Position numbers and translations under genes: made by a program
Part shown: piece after piece, positions 1 to 14,689 of the stretch
Layout: every line of letters begins with the position of its first letter
How positions within the stretch are numbered: the stretch's first letter is position 1
Notes under the pieces: model-generated
Database searches by the model: none
Told to the model about the DNA's origin: nothing
The model's input: the letters and a program-made list of their open reading frames with translations, nothing else
Assembly (NCBI RefSeq): GCF_009914755.1
Contig: NC_060947.1
DNA from: the human T2T-CHM13v2.0 reference genome, Homo sapiens
Length of the DNA: 64,000 bases
Direction: 5' to 3' (one strand)

Positions 1-268
1 TCTTGCTTAGTTTCCAGGAGAGCTGGTGCTTTAAAAGAGCCTGGCACATCCACCTTTTTTCTCTTATTTCTGCTCTCATCATGTGATCTCTGCTCTCTTT
101 TGCCTTCCACTATAAGTGGAAGCAGCCTGAGTTCCTCAACAAAAGCAGATACTGGTGCCATGCTTTTCGTACAGCCTTCAAAACTGTAAACTAAATAAGC
201 ATCGCTTCTTTACAAACTAGCTAACCTCAAGTAGTTCTTTATAGCGACACAAAAAATGGACTAAGACA
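1..268 (+). mobile_element. MaLR LTR (MST family), 3' portion, cut by the window edge
   Basis: MST-like motifs gcagatactggtgccatgctt..gtacagcct and terminal ctttatagc..aatggactaagaca. Confidence 0.8.
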
Positions 269-2237
269 ATGATCCTTTTAAGAGAGTTCTATCCCATACT
301 AATTCAAAGTCAACATGGTGTTTCATATAATCTTGTTGTAATAGTCTCTTGGTGGTGGACATCCGGCACCTAACACAGTGCCCAGCACATGTTGGAGTGT
401 CAAGAATTAATGATTGAAAGTGAATGGAAAAAAGGTATATATCTCCTCCCAAAACATCAGGAGATTGAATATAAAGGACACATCTTCCTTCTATAATGTG
501 ACAGATGCACTCTATAGTTACTGTTTGAGAGTTTTTTTAGTGCAAACTATTTACCTCTTAGGCTAAATTTAATTTACAAATGGAATCATTAGTAGTGAAG
601 ATATAGCAGGGTGCCTTCCAGATTCCTCTGCTGTGATCTTCAAATGAATAAGCACTGCAGATTAGTCAACCTTCTGAAAAGTTCTTAATTAAGGAAACCA
701 ATACTGTGCAGAATAACAGCCTGTGTGTTAACCTTGTTGACACAGTGTAGAAATCTCATGTAGATAGCTAGTACAAAAGAATAAAAATGTTGTTCTAGTT
801 TCTAAAGTGGCGTTTCCAAGGAATTATACTTCTAATGAAAATTGCTGCTGTGGATGTCTGTTCAAAGGCTTTGGCTTACAAAGTAAAGATTTGAAAATAT
901 CAAACTTGCTTAATCTCTGAATGTTGTTTTCATTCATTAGGTGAATATGACAGCTCTCTCTTTACCCTAATCGCCCCCCCTGGAGGAAATAACATTTTTG
1001 TTTGTCTAAACAGTACTTAATGACTACTCTAAAATTAGAGTTTAAGATCTTTAACTCTAGAGTGCAAAGCTCTACGTCCTTGACTCTGACGTTTATCATG
1101 AATATTAATTTCTGATCTTAAAGTCAAGCCATGAAATTTTTATATATTATCATACATTTCCCTTGACAGTTTTTGTAATTGCCGTAATTTCCTCATCAGC
1201 AAGAGTTGTTTGTGGCTCTCCTGGTCTGAGGAGGCTATAAATTTGGCAGCTTTGAATTCCCTCTTTTGTTTGAATGTGGAACCATCGACTTGTTTACTCT
1301 GAACATTAACTAGATCTCAGATCTTAAAAGAACTATAGTTTTTATTGGTGCCTTTACATGACAAAAGACTCAATATATTTGTTGCCATTACATGTTTTCA
1401 TTGTTACCTTTGGATTGACTTTCTTGTTAGGGGAGATTTATGTCCATCTTCAGATACTTTTCCTGCTACTCACATAAAAATGTTATTTTCTGCCACATAG
1501 CTACCATTTTCTTTAAAATTGATTTATTAGTAGTGTTTGATTATCGAATACCAGACTGTATATATTCACATTGTGTATAAGTATCCAACATGAAAATTAT
1601 TTAGACAATATTCATGGACATGTATACATAAACACACATACTTTTTAATATATGTAATTCAACTGAAATGTTATCTTCCGTTTGTACTTTCAACAAAGAT
1701 TTATCGAACATCTACTACACATCAGGCCTGGATTTTTTTCTGCACACAGGAATAAAAATAGACAAGACACAAATTGGCCTGAAGATGCCACAGTCAACCA
1801 GGCAAACAGACAGACTCATAAAAAATTATCTGTATCACTGTACGGCAAATGCTGTTAAAAATATGGTGACAAAGAGCTGTTGCAACCAGAGAGACTCAGG
1901 GATGGATACACAGAAGACAGGTCTCTGAGGCTACACGAGATAGATCTTTCTTCCCAGAGAAATTGAAAGGGCATGTTATTTTACACAGTAGGAGTGGCCA
2001 GACATGGTGATTTAGTAAAAGAGCTTCAGAAGGGAAAAGCAACAGATACACGTGGCTGGAGTGAAAAGTGCAAAGTGGTGCGTGGGAAAGAAACAGAAGC
2101 TAGAAAGTTAACTTTTGGATAGATTTGGGAAGTACCCAAGAATAGAATCTCAGGTTCAGGTGTTTGACTTTTTTTTTCTTAGGACCTGAAGACAGTGATC
2201 CAGGATGGCCTAAATGTCGCAGAGAAAATTATTCTAT

Positions 2238-2520
2238 ATATTCAGTCATTCAGACAATTATCTAATGAATTCTTTATGAGAGTTGTTTTTGGCCAGGTGA
2301 TGAACAAGAGTCAAAGTCTCTGTTCTTAGGAATCTTATAGTCTTTCAAGAGAGAAAGTTAAGTCACTCAACGTTTAATGTCTGATATGACAGAGGTTACA
2401 ACAGAGAAAAGAACAGAGTGTAATGGGCACATAGATGTGATGTGTAATTCAGAATAAAAATCAGGTAAGGCTTCTTGGAGATTTAAATATTGAGTTCTGA
2501 TACAGAAGTAAAACTTACCT
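2238..2520 (-). mobile_element. L2 LINE 3' fragment
   Basis: attcagtcattcag.., gatgaacaagagtcaaagtctctgttcttaggaatcttatagtct and atcaggtaaggcttcttggag are typical antisense L2 3' blocks; boundaries approximate. Confidence 0.55.
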
Positions 2521-2857
2521 GGATGAAATAAGGAGATGAAAAAGGAGATTTGGAGGAGATCCTAGGTGGTAAGATAGTATATGGCTACAGTCATTATATA
2601 TTCTTCTAATTGTCCACGACTATAGTAAAGTTCCCATGACTTGGGTCATTTTTAGAGAAGTTGGAAAGGATCAGTTCATGGTCTTGGGGTACAAAACGGG
2701 AGAGCTGAAACTTTACACAAAAAGGTTCAGGGAGACAATGAAAAACTTTAATCAGATGGATGACAAAAATTGGATTTGAGTTTTGGGGCGGTCATTTAGC
2801 AGCAGTGTGTGGGGATGTTGAATGGAGGGCTTGGAGAGTAGCATCTAACTACAGGGT

Positions 2858-3270
2858 TGTCTTAGATTGGACTCCTCTAGAAACAAACCGCAAGGAAACA
2901 TCACTAGAGGAATGGGGAAGTAAGATGTAGCAGAGAAGGGAAGCCAGTAAAGTATGCATTATAAAGCTGTTTTATCCCTTTTGGCAACTGGAAATTAGGT
3001 TTACTGGAAAACTCTGTGAGACAATGTAGACATACTCTCAGAGTTATACCCGAAGGGAGAGGAAACTGGGTTGTTTTTCTACCAGCTCCCTACCTGTTCC
3101 TGATTGAGGGTTTCTTCTACTAGGAATCTTAGTTCTCTAGCATTTCTGGCTTGCCCTTCATGAAGACCAAGGTTGGTCTCAGGGCCAGACAAAAGCCATC
3201 AGACTGAGGGTGTCACGTATTTGTAAGAAGCAGCCTTCATACGGTAGACGTTTGGGTGGGGCACTGACAT
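2858..3270 (-). mobile_element. ERVL LTR, LTR16-like
   Basis: Resembles recalled LTR16 antisense: tgtcttagattgg.., ggcaactgga.., actctgtgagacaatgtaga..ctcagagttatacc. Confidence 0.55.
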
Positions 3271-4659
3271 AATCAGCTAAAGAACTAACAAGATGGGAGG
3301 TGTTGAGGGTCTGGACTTAGGCCATGATAGTGGTAATCCGGGGAAGTTTGGGAGTGCTACTAGGCCATTGTTTTAATAAGATTTGGCCATGCATTAAATG
3401 TTAGGGGTAAATTATGAATGATGACTTTCCAGAGAGTAGACAGATGTTGATGATGTAAAATGTGTGTGTTTAACAACGTAAAGGTTTTAGTATAAATATG
3501 AAACCTATATTAAAGTCTCTTTATAATTGTATCTATTTTAGAAAAGTATTATAATACAGCAGTATAAAAACTCTCTAACCAGAAGACCTAGAGTACTTCC
3601 TAGATCCAGATTTCTAACAGCATGAATCTTGGATGATACTCTTAATCTCTCAGAGCGTCTCATGAAAAAAATGGAAGTAAACATGAAAGAAGCTTTGCAT
3701 ATGTTACGTAAACCAAAGTGTCAGTAAGCCTTGTACAAAATTTTAACTTTTAAATAGAAATTACATAAAGTATTTGGGCCCTAGGACCTACCAAGTCGAT
3801 TATTATTAATGAATGAGTAAATCTAGTCAATCAAAGACCTTTCATTTTTCCCACACCTATATTTGAACAGATGCCAGTTAGTGAGCATCTTTGTTTGTTA
3901 ATATCTGTACTTCATACTTAATGGACTAATTTTTTCTCTATCAAAAAAGCTGCCTTTGTTAAAACATTTCAATCAACTAAATTACTTAACTCTAATGCCT
4001 ATTTTGAGGGAAAAATATACTTAGAGGGAGAATTAAATGTGTAATTTTATTTCTGCCTCATTAAACCTCCTCTGTGTCTAGGCCAACAAGAGTTTCCTCC
4101 TCCTCCACCGGCACACACTTATTGGACGCTTCATTGTGAGAAAATCCTCAGGTCGCTGGAACTTGGTAGTGAGTTACATACCTGCCCGTCCCCTCCAGTA
4201 TATGTACTAATTATCTTATGGAAAATAACTATTTTCTTGCTTTTTTTTTTCCTCAAGAAAGCCTTGAGTCTCATCCAGAAGTCAGATGAGTGTTAGATTT
4301 CTTCCTTCTCTTGGCTTCAATGGCAACTCTTTTTTTTCTGATTCTAAATAAATAGATTGTTATACCCACATGAATATCCACAGGACCAACACTGCCCCTT
4401 TATTACTCAGGAAGTATTTATTTTTCAGCTTTCTCTTTCCTTTCTGGCCCTTTGAAATTCAAGCTTATTTAATAATGAATTTTAGTGAAATTATTTTAAA
4501 ATATCTTTTAATCACATTAGCAAACTTCTAGCAGAGCATTGAGTTTCTTCCTCAGATAATTCAAGTTGTCTTTTCTAAAATATGTACTTAAAATGACTTT
4601 GAAAAAAGAGATGTATGATGTCAGAAATTTCTTTCAAAAGAATCTGGGTGTGGTTGGGG

Positions 4660-4790
4660 TGATGGGTAGGGATATAGATGAAATTAAATAAGCGCTATGT
4701 TGATAAATGTTGAAGTTGGATGATGGTATATGGGAGTTGTGTAGTGTTTTCTACTTTTGTATATGTTTGAAATTTTTTCTACACTTGAAA
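4660..4790 (+). mobile_element. Old L1M 3' end fragment
   Basis: tgttgaagttggatgatggtatatgggagtt..tctacttttgtatatgtttgaaatttt is an L1MC/MD/ME-type terminus. Confidence 0.6.
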
Positions 4791-4845
4791 AGATAAGAGA
4801 AATTTAAAAATTAAATTGGTTCTCACAATTTTATTTTTGTAGCTG

Positions 4846-4957
4846 TTTTTTATTTGAGACGAAGTTTCACTCTTCTTGCCCAGGCTGGAGTGCAGTGGCA
4901 CGACCTCGGCTCACTGAAACCTCTGCCTCCTGGGTTCAGGTGATTCTCCTGCCTCAG
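4846..4957 (-). mobile_element. 5'-truncated AluS fragment (3' part of the right arm)
   Basis: T-rich tail, then gagacgaagtttcactctt..cccaggctggagtgcagtgg..ctcctgcctcag; homology stops abruptly at 4957. Confidence 0.9.
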
Positions 4958-6316
4958 GGCATGCATGTGTACAAGCAATGCCCTTACCATTTATGCATTC
5001 AACTATTCTTCCCTCTACCCATTATTTAATATAAGAAGTACTTATGATGTCTGTGCTGCTGACTGTGCTAATCATTGAAGAACCTAGGGTGAGCAAAAAC
5101 ACACACAGCCATTGCCTTCATAGGACTCATAGAGAAATGAGCAAGAAACCCAATGAGAAATCACACAAATAAATGTAAAATTGCAAAAATAACAGCTGTT
5201 AAAGAGGAAAGATACATGATTTTATGTGAAATTATAACCGGGTGGTATTGACTTGATGATTTGAGAAATCAGGGGAGGCTTATCTGAGTTTGTGCTGATT
5301 TAACTGAGATCAAACTTTGATCTTGGTGTGTGGAGACATAGAACATAAACCTCAATTCACCCATGGTAGACATGTAGCTTGAGTGAGAAAATGTAACTTT
5401 GTTATTGAAAAAGTCATGACAATTTTGTAATCTGGCCTATCCTGATGAACATTCATAGGGTTATGATGGGTTATCCTTATATATCTTGAGAACACCAAGG
5501 ACAGTGGCAGAGCTTGGAGTGAGAAGGAAATCCATAAACCAGATGCCAAACCTTCCTGGAGTCAGCATAGACATGAAAATGCACAAGAGGGCAAAAGAGT
5601 TATAGAACCAACTGGTATGCATTTCAAAAGAGCAGGATTGTGGAGAAGAGAGTGGATGAATTATTATTTAGGAGCTGGAATAGGAAGGAAGGATATCAAG
5701 CCCAGTCCCTATCTCTGAAATGCAAAAAGTATGAGGAAGTAAATAAGCACCACCTGAGATAGCTGTAGGAGAAGTGATAATCACAGAGGAGAGCTAGGTT
5801 TGATTGGGTGAATACCAAGAAGAGAAGGGGATACTAAGGATTTAGAGCGGTTATATGAGTATGGAAATATTGCATCAAAGGGTACAGTGAAACAATTTGA
5901 GCCATGAGATGTGTGTGTGGGCACAGAATATGAATAAATGAATGAATGAATGAATAATAGCATTATAGAAATGCTAATGCAGTAGAAGTGTATGTATATG
6001 AGTGTGTTGGAGAGGGGATGCTTACAATTTTGGCATTGATTTGTTAAACTAAGGATGACAGACATCCTGAATTCAACCTTAATATCTCTTTGAGGAAGAT
6101 GACTCACTTGGTTGGGGGTGATGGGAAACCCAGAGGCAATAGAATCCATATACTTTTGATGGTGGGTTGATAGTAAACCAGATCTTCAGATCCCCAGTGT
6201 CCATTACTACCTACGTTGTAGTCTAATCTCTCATTAATTCTCACATGTTTAATTCCCTCCAATCCAGCTGTCAGACATTTTTATTCCTCTCTGCTTAGAA
6301 ATTGATATTTATGGGG

Positions 6317-6644
<328 letters not shown>

Positions 6645-6648
6645 TTAT

Positions 6649-6996
<348 letters not shown>

Positions 6997-7779
6997 TTAA
7001 AAATCCTTCAATGATTTTTCAAGCTTTCCAGATAATATTTAAACTGTGTTAAAACACAAAAGCCCTTTACCGTCTCTCCTGTAGCTACTACTTTAGTGTC
7101 CCTTCAAAGCACTTTCCCCTACTCATCTTTCATGTCAGCAACAGAACTATTTTAATTTTTTAAAGCTTTCTTGTTTCATGCTGCTGTACTGGTGTCTGTG
7201 CTATTCAATCTATCTGGAACCTCCATCCTAACCTCTTTGTCTGGTTAACTCCTCCCCAAAGGGATTAATGACTGAATTAATGATGCCGCATATGTTTTTC
7301 TAATGTTCTTTTGAAGTAACTCAATTGACTCTGAAAGTTTCAGAAACCCCTTGTCAAGTACTGATCAAGCAGCTTATTTCACTGCATATTTTTTAAAATT
7401 ATTTTTTCCTGAAGTTTCAGAAGTCATGACTTTATTTCCTTTGGAAGTGTTCAATATTTATGAATAAAATTATGAAGATAATCATGTAAAAACAGCTTAA
7501 TAAATTTAAATAAATTTTAATAAAATAAAGAGATGATGAAAAAAAGGAGTTATGAAAAGCCATAACAGCAGAGAAAAAAGAAGCTACAGGAAGTGTGAAT
7601 TGGAACTAAGATAGAACTATACATAGCATAAATGGGAAATGTAAGAATGTAAAATTTGTGCACTTGAAGAAACTGAACACAATTGCAAAAGTTTATTTTG
7701 ATAAGTGGAAAACATTGTCATCATTTGTACATTTTTTTCCCTTAATAGAAAGCTTCTTAAATTATATCTAAGCACTTAT

Positions 7780-7923
7780 CTTATTGCACTGAATGTAAGA
7801 TGCCAAATATAGTAAGAGACACAATCAACAATGCTTTCTTATAGCAATCATAAAAGATATACCCAATTTTGGAGATGATAAAATACAAGCAAAATGCACA
7901 TCTTAGAACTGATGAAATCTGGA
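7780..7923 (-). mobile_element. MER104-like TcMar-Tc2 non-autonomous DNA transposon
   Basis: Degenerate inverted termini (tattgcactgaatgtaagatgcc / gcacatcttagaactgatgaaatctgg) match the recalled consensus. Confidence 0.45.
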
Positions 7924-8094
7924 AATTGATGAAAAAAGTCAAGTAACTAGGTTATTGCATACATGGTATTAGAAAACTGCCAAAGGAAATTTTTAAAATC
8001 TTTAGAAAGAAAATTATCAATACTGCTTGATCACATTTGATATGAATTTTTAGGAGGACACAAATATTCAGTCCATAACACTCTCTGAGCTTGT

Positions 8095-8600
8095 CTTCTT
8101 CAAGATTCTTTCAGTTGCAAGTGACAGAAAACCGAGATCAAAGACTGATTAAGCATAGAAAGGGATTTTTTTGATTCACGAACTGAAAAGTCCAAGGATA
8201 GCCTGGCTTTTTAGGCATGTCTGGATTTAGATTAGAGGCTCACATGATAACAGCTGAAACATTCTCTCTTTTTCCCACTTCTTTCCTTGGTGTTGGCTTT
8301 ATTCTTAGGTAGGCAAAGATGACCCCTATCTCCTCTAGTCTTAGATTCTACTGTCTTAGCCACCAGAGCCAGAGAAAGACATCATGCATTCCTAAATCTC
8401 CAACAAAAATCCAAAGTGTGGCTCTCATTGGCCTCATATGTCCATCCCTGAACCAATCACGGTGGCCAGTGGAATAGAATATTCAGATTGACCAGTTCTC
8501 AGGCATAAGAACCAGAGAGAATCAGTCCAACTTGAACTACATGCTAATAACAAAAGAAGGGAGAAAATGTTGGATAAGGAAAAACAGTAGAGGAGCCCCA
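8095..8600 (-). mobile_element. MaLR LTR (MLT1K/J-like)
   Basis: ttctttcagttgcaagtgacagaaaacc.. and catccctgaaccaatcacggtggccag motifs. Confidence 0.7.
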
Positions 8601-9598
8601 GTACTCACTAAATAGGATTAATTTCTTAAATCTGCAAACTGGGAGAAGATACCAAACCTTTAGGACTGCTGTGAAACAGAATTAAACAATATGTGTTATT
8701 ATACTGAATTGCACTCATGTGACTAAATTATTACACACCACATACCCGTATATTGCAAAATTCTAATTTCTTAAGGATCTGTCCTTGACTTCATTGTGGC
8801 GATTATACATCCCCCTTGTAGCCCACGATAGAAATGATCAATAGAAAACATTGTCCAAGCGTCCTGGCTTTCCTCAGGCAAGATGTTAGTTAATGAGACC
8901 TCAACAAGGATGAGTAACTCTTTCCAAGGGACATCTTCAGGGTCTCCCTAAAGGAGAAATCAATGCCCCCTAACTGATTTGGATGAGGAAGCCACTAGGG
9001 TCTCAGGAAGTCCCCCATTGAAATGCAAATTGGTCTAGCTAGGGCTTTATCTTAAACACCAGCAAATAGCTCAGTTATTACTTAGCACAGCTGCAGGGAT
9101 TATCAAAACTTGCAGTTTTGTTGTCCTATAGGACATAAGTCAATATTGTATCTAACTTTGCAATCTTATTCTATCTCTTTTAGTCAAAGCGATACTGCAC
9201 CAGGCATTTGTTAAAAAAATGGCAAGGAAAACTTTATTCAAAGCTATTGTAATATCAGTTAAGACTATTGCAATAGGGGCAAGAAAGTATACTCAACTTT
9301 ATTGAAATGAAAGGCAGGAGAGGTTTTAAGCCTTAGGGTGAGCTAGAGGAAAAGCACTGGAAGACACTAGGGGGAAGGTCGGTCAGGGTGATTGGGCTTA
9401 TCAAAATTAGGCTCCTACCCTCCCACAGAGACTGAGAAATGAGGATGTTATCTTTCTTGATGATTGGATTTCAAAAGAATGGCTTCCAGGTGCTTGAGAA
9501 AGACATTCCAGGGATGTAGAAGATTTACATCTCAAAGGGACAGAGAATACATTTACAATGGAAAGTTTTCTAAAATAACTGCTCCAAAAAAAGGGCGG

Positions 9599-9880
9599 GG
9601 CTGGGCTCAGTGGCTCACGCCTGTAATCCCAGCACTTTGGGAGGCCAAGTCGACTAGATCACCTGAGGTCAGGAGTTTGAGACCAGCCTGGCCAATATGG
9701 TGAAAACCCATCTCTATTAAAAATACAAAAATTAGCCGGACGTGGTGACGGGCGCCTGTAACCCCGGCCACTCGGGAGGCTTAGGCAGGAGAATCACTTG
9801 AACACAGGGGCGGAGGTTGCAATGAGCTGAGATCACACCACTGCACTCCAGCCTGGGGAGACACTGTCTAAAAAAAAAAC
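9599..9880 (+). mobile_element. Alu (AluSx-like)
   Basis: Dimeric Alu with gatcacctgaggtcaggagttt; small deletion near the 3' end. Confidence 0.93.
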
Positions 9881-9881
9881 T

Positions 9882-10353
<472 letters not shown>

Positions 10354-11498
10354 TCATGGCTTTATATTTATAAAAATTATATTTTGACTTCTTTTCTCTT
10401 ATATTAGTTGGTAGAATAAGCAGAAATCAAAGAAGCTGAAACTAGAAAACAGAACATAGCAAAATAGCAACAAAAAGACATTAAAACACAAATTTTGAAA
10501 GGGCAAAAAATCATTTTTGGAATCTGACTAATGAGACAGCATGGGGAAGGCTAATGGGGTAAGGAGAAGAACAAATAGAAATAATTGTCTTTGGAATGTG
10601 AACATTAACATAATGGAGAGCAATGAATAAGAAGTATGACAATGTTAAGTATTTTATGTCATTGTCCCAAGAGGTGCTCAATTGAGAAATCACACACACA
10701 CACACAACTTTAATTATAAGAAAAATATGTGGTAACAAAATAACAGGAAAACTCAGAAGTCAGAGAATAAATTGCTTATTACCACCTCCTAAGTAGCTTT
10801 TAATGCTCTTTCTAAATTTTCTTTGTAAATTCAAAAGTTAAATTGAATTTTGATTCAGACATAAAATGAAACTGGGAGCATTTATTTCTGTATTGCCAGG
10901 AGAAATATTTACCTTGATTTATTTAAATTCTTCTAGGCATTCCTATTTATTCAATTTTATAAACATCCTCTTCTTTGATGTTACTCTAAGTTTATTGTTT
11001 CATTGTCTGAGAAAAATCTTATTGCCATTTCCTAAATTGGTGTTTTTTTCCCCATGAAATTTCCAGAAGCATCCAAATGACTGGATTAAAATGAAGTATG
11101 GCAAATTGCCTTTTAGAATGACTCTTCCCAATTAGAAATTGCCAAAAGTAGAGATCAAAGCAGTATACAGTGGTTTTAAACTAGCTCATATAACATCTTC
11201 CATGAGCTAGTTATATAAAGATTTTTGTTTTGATTACTTTTATCTTATAATTATTCTTACCAAATTCCAACCATAAAAGATATTTTGTACATAATAGGTA
11301 CTCAATAAATGAACATTACATTTGAAAAGCAATGACCTGCTTTATATTTCAGTCTAAATGTAATCGATATGAATCAAGCAGTAAAGAATATGGCAGAGTT
11401 GCATTACAATTTGCAGTCCAAAAATTCTTGAGTAATCTCAGGAAAAATGTACTCTACCAGGGCTTTCCAAAGATCGTTTTCAGGAATACTAGCCTGTC

Positions 11499-11520
11499 TA
11501 TGTGCTGCCAAAGCGAGCAC
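11499..11520 (-). pseudogene. Tailless retrocopy of the U6 snRNA 5' end (nt 1-22)
   Basis: Minus strand reads GTGCTCGCTTTGGCAGCACATA versus U6 GTGCTCGCTTCGGCAGCACATA (21/22, one CpG transition); flanked by 19-bp direct repeats aggaatactagcctgtcta at 11482-11500 and 11521-11539. Confidence 0.88.
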
Positions 11521-11544
11521 AGGAATACTAGCCTGTCTAGATCA

Positions 11545-11750
11545 ATGCAGTTAACACAACCCAGTAGATCTCTGTGCTTGATGATGAAAATATTCTATGT
11601 CTCTGCTGTTCAATACAATAGTCAATAGCTATCTGTGGCTGTTAAGCACCTAAGATGTGACTAATGCAACTGAATAACAATTTTTTTCATAGAAATTAAT
11701 GTAAATAGCCATATGTTGCTAGTGGCTACGGTACTGGACAACATAGCTCC
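11545..11750 (+). mobile_element. MER3 (hAT-Charlie) DNA transposon
   Basis: gatgatgaaaatattctat..tagctatctgtggctgttaagcac..aatagccatatgttgctagtggctacggtactggaca. Confidence 0.75.
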
Positions 11751-12217
11751 AAAGTTCTCAAGAACAAAGAAAAAAATTTATTTATTTTTCTTTAAAGAAC
11801 AAAATTTTGTCTAACCTAGCATTTCCCAAATTTAGTTCATCACGAAATTCCTCTTTCTACTTTGAGAAGAACATTAGGGTACACTTTTCAAAAATTTTAT
11901 ATTATTAATAAAAAGGAATAAGATGTTTAAGGCCATTTACACATGATTCCTTATTTTATTTGCTGATTCATTTATGTATCCACTCAACTAACATCTAATG
12001 AGCTAGGGGCTTGGCAATATTGAGATACAGTTTTGTTCATTATTGAGTTATATCTAATGGGACAGGCAGATTAATCAAGAGATAATTACACACAGTCTGG
12101 TAAGTTCTAAGAAACACAGAGGACTGTGGGAATACACAGGTGGGTGCAGAATCAAAATTTGTCATGGGGAAAGTTTCCAGAGGGAGAATGGAGGACAAGT
12201 AGGACATTGTCTGGTTA

Positions 12218-12526
<309 letters not shown>

Positions 12527-12778
12527 TTATTTCTCTTATTCCCCTCCCCAGGGTTTGACACTTAGTCTGTCTTATTCAAGCTAAGTCCTTGAATCACAAC
12601 TATGCCTAGATCCTTATGGGTTGCTTATTTATACCTTTAAACAAAGAGAAATTCATCTGATTTTTACAGATTGATTTGAGAATTAGAGGCTGTTAATACT
12701 ATTTCCTTTTTGCCACCCCAACCACTTTTTCCTGTTCTAACTTCTTCATACTCCAGTATACACCACAGAAACAGAGGC

Positions 12779-13126
12779 TGATATGGTTTGGCTCTGTGTC
12801 CCACCTAGATCTCATCTTGAACTGTACTCCCATAATTCCCATGTGTTGTGGGAGGGAGCGGTGGAAGATAATTGAATCATGGGGGTGGTTTCTCCCATAC
12901 TGTTCTGGTGGTAGTGAATAAGTCTCACGAGATCTCATGGTTTCATAAGGGGTTTCGGCTTTCGCTCCTGTCTTATTCTCTCTTGCCACCATGTAAGAAA
13001 TGCCTTTCACCTTCTGCCATAATTGTGAGGCCTCCCCAGCCAGGTGGAACTGTGAGTCCATTAAACCTATTTTTCTTCCCAGTCTCAGGTATGTATTTAT
13101 CAGCAGCATGAAGAAGGACTAATACA
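12779..13126 (+). mobile_element. THE1 (MaLR) solo LTR
   Basis: TGATATGGTTTGGCT..GGACTAATACA termini with a perfect 5-bp TSD GAGGC (12774-12778 and 13127-13131). Confidence 0.93.
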
Positions 13127-13324
13127 GAGGCCATTCGTACTTTAAATGTATTACGGCTAATTATAGTCAAGAGATTAGAAGTCATAATACAAATATTAAC
13201 CACAGAGAGGTTTAAATTTCTCTATATAATCTACAGTCTTCTCAAAATAGCCTTCAAAATTTTGACCTGAGAGCAGGAACAGGCCTTTCATGTTTTAATC
13301 CTCAATAAAACACAGACATACAAG

Positions 13325-13326
<2 letters not shown>

Positions 13327-13366
<40 letters not shown>

Positions 13367-13374
13367 CACATGCA
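13327..13374. repeat. (TG)17(CG)3 microsatellite / alternating purine-pyrimidine tract
   Basis: Direct reading. Confidence 0.95.
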
Positions 13375-14129
13375 TTCTCACGCTCATAGTCTGTCTTTTC
13401 CCAACTTCGACAATTGTCCCACTGATTTCTCTGTACCTTCCTTTCTATTTTAATCAAATCTCCGCAAAATAAATAAGGGATATTCTAAAATGTAAATCTC
13501 ATTAAGCCCTCCCCCAGATAATACTCTTCAAGAGTTTCCTCAGTTTCCTTCAAAATATGTTCTATGGCCATTAGAGTAGTTTAAAATTCCCTGTATAATC
13601 TAGTCCAAGTTTATTTCTCCAACCTCAGAGCAAACAATTCTAGAACAGTGTCTAGCATATAATAAACACCCAATAAGTGTTGGCTATTGTTTTAGGAAAT
13701 GGTTGTCTGTCCAGGAAGCCTAAAAAGGTGTCAAACCACAATATTAGGGAGGCAATGCATAGTGCAGCCAATTCACAAAAGAGAAACAAGTCCTAGAAAT
13801 GTTACTAAGAGCTCACCATTCATGACAACACTAATCTCCTCCCGCAACTCTGCCCTCACCCTTCATTCTTTGAGGCTTCAAAGGATGAAGTTTATCCATT
13901 CATATCAAAACCTTCCTTTTTCACATATCAATGCACATTTAAAATAATCTTGTAGACACTGTTTTCTCCTTAAGAGTCTGAGAGTTAGGAAACAATTCTG
14001 TAAATATTAAAAACACAGGTATTGTAAGACTGATTGGAATCTTACAAACTAATTTTGTTTTACTAACCAAGACAGTGTAGGATAGTTACACGAACCCAGG
14101 TCTAGTAAATAATTCATTCGCGATTGTGG

Positions 14130-14680
14130 GATTGAGTGCAAATAATTAGTGTAAATTGTCACTTTCTCAAAACAACCGCCATAATAGCCTGTTGATTAAG
14201 CAACGCTGAGTTTATTACTTAGTGCAGTAATAAAGATCAACACTTGACACAGGGTCTTAGTTCTCTGAAGACAGTGGTTGAAGGTAGATATTTTTTATAG
14301 AGTTTTGAGGGGGTCTAGGTTCAAGTGGTTTAAAGAAGTTCTTTGAATGCAGAGATTTGATTGAAATTGGGCAAAATCCAAGATATAATAGACAAGAATT
14401 GGTGGACCCAGTGAGTCCAGGTTCTTAGAATAAGTCTTGATGAGTAAATAGCTGTTGAATAAGTAAGGGAGTTCATCATGTTAACAATCCATTGTCCCAT
14501 GAAAGGGAGCTTTTTCTCCAAATAAACAACTTATTGTCTTAAGACAGAGCTACTTGATCACTGTGTAGTTCAGATAAATGCAGTTTCAGGAATTTCCTGA
14601 CGCTGTATATTAGTTTACAACATTATTTCCTGGGAAAATGTTTTGTGGAACAAAATGCAAAGTTATATTGACGTAGGGGC
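14130..14680 (-). mobile_element. Old ERV LTR-like segment (family uncertain)
   Basis: gctgagtttattactta.., tttatagagttttgaggg.., gatttgattgaaattgggcaa resemble antisense MER110/MER89-class LTRs. Confidence 0.35.
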
Positions 14681-14689
14681 CTTGATAAT

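Noticed and set aside
4252-4290. Two adjacent 6-bp hairpins (ctcaag/cttgag and ctcatc/gatgag)
   Set aside because: Stems this short are expected by chance in 64 kb and I recognise no RNA family motif.
11481-11539. Repeat-spacer-repeat resembling a minimal CRISPR array
   Set aside because: The DNA is primate, there are only two repeats and no cas genes; a TSD around a U6 fragment explains it fully.
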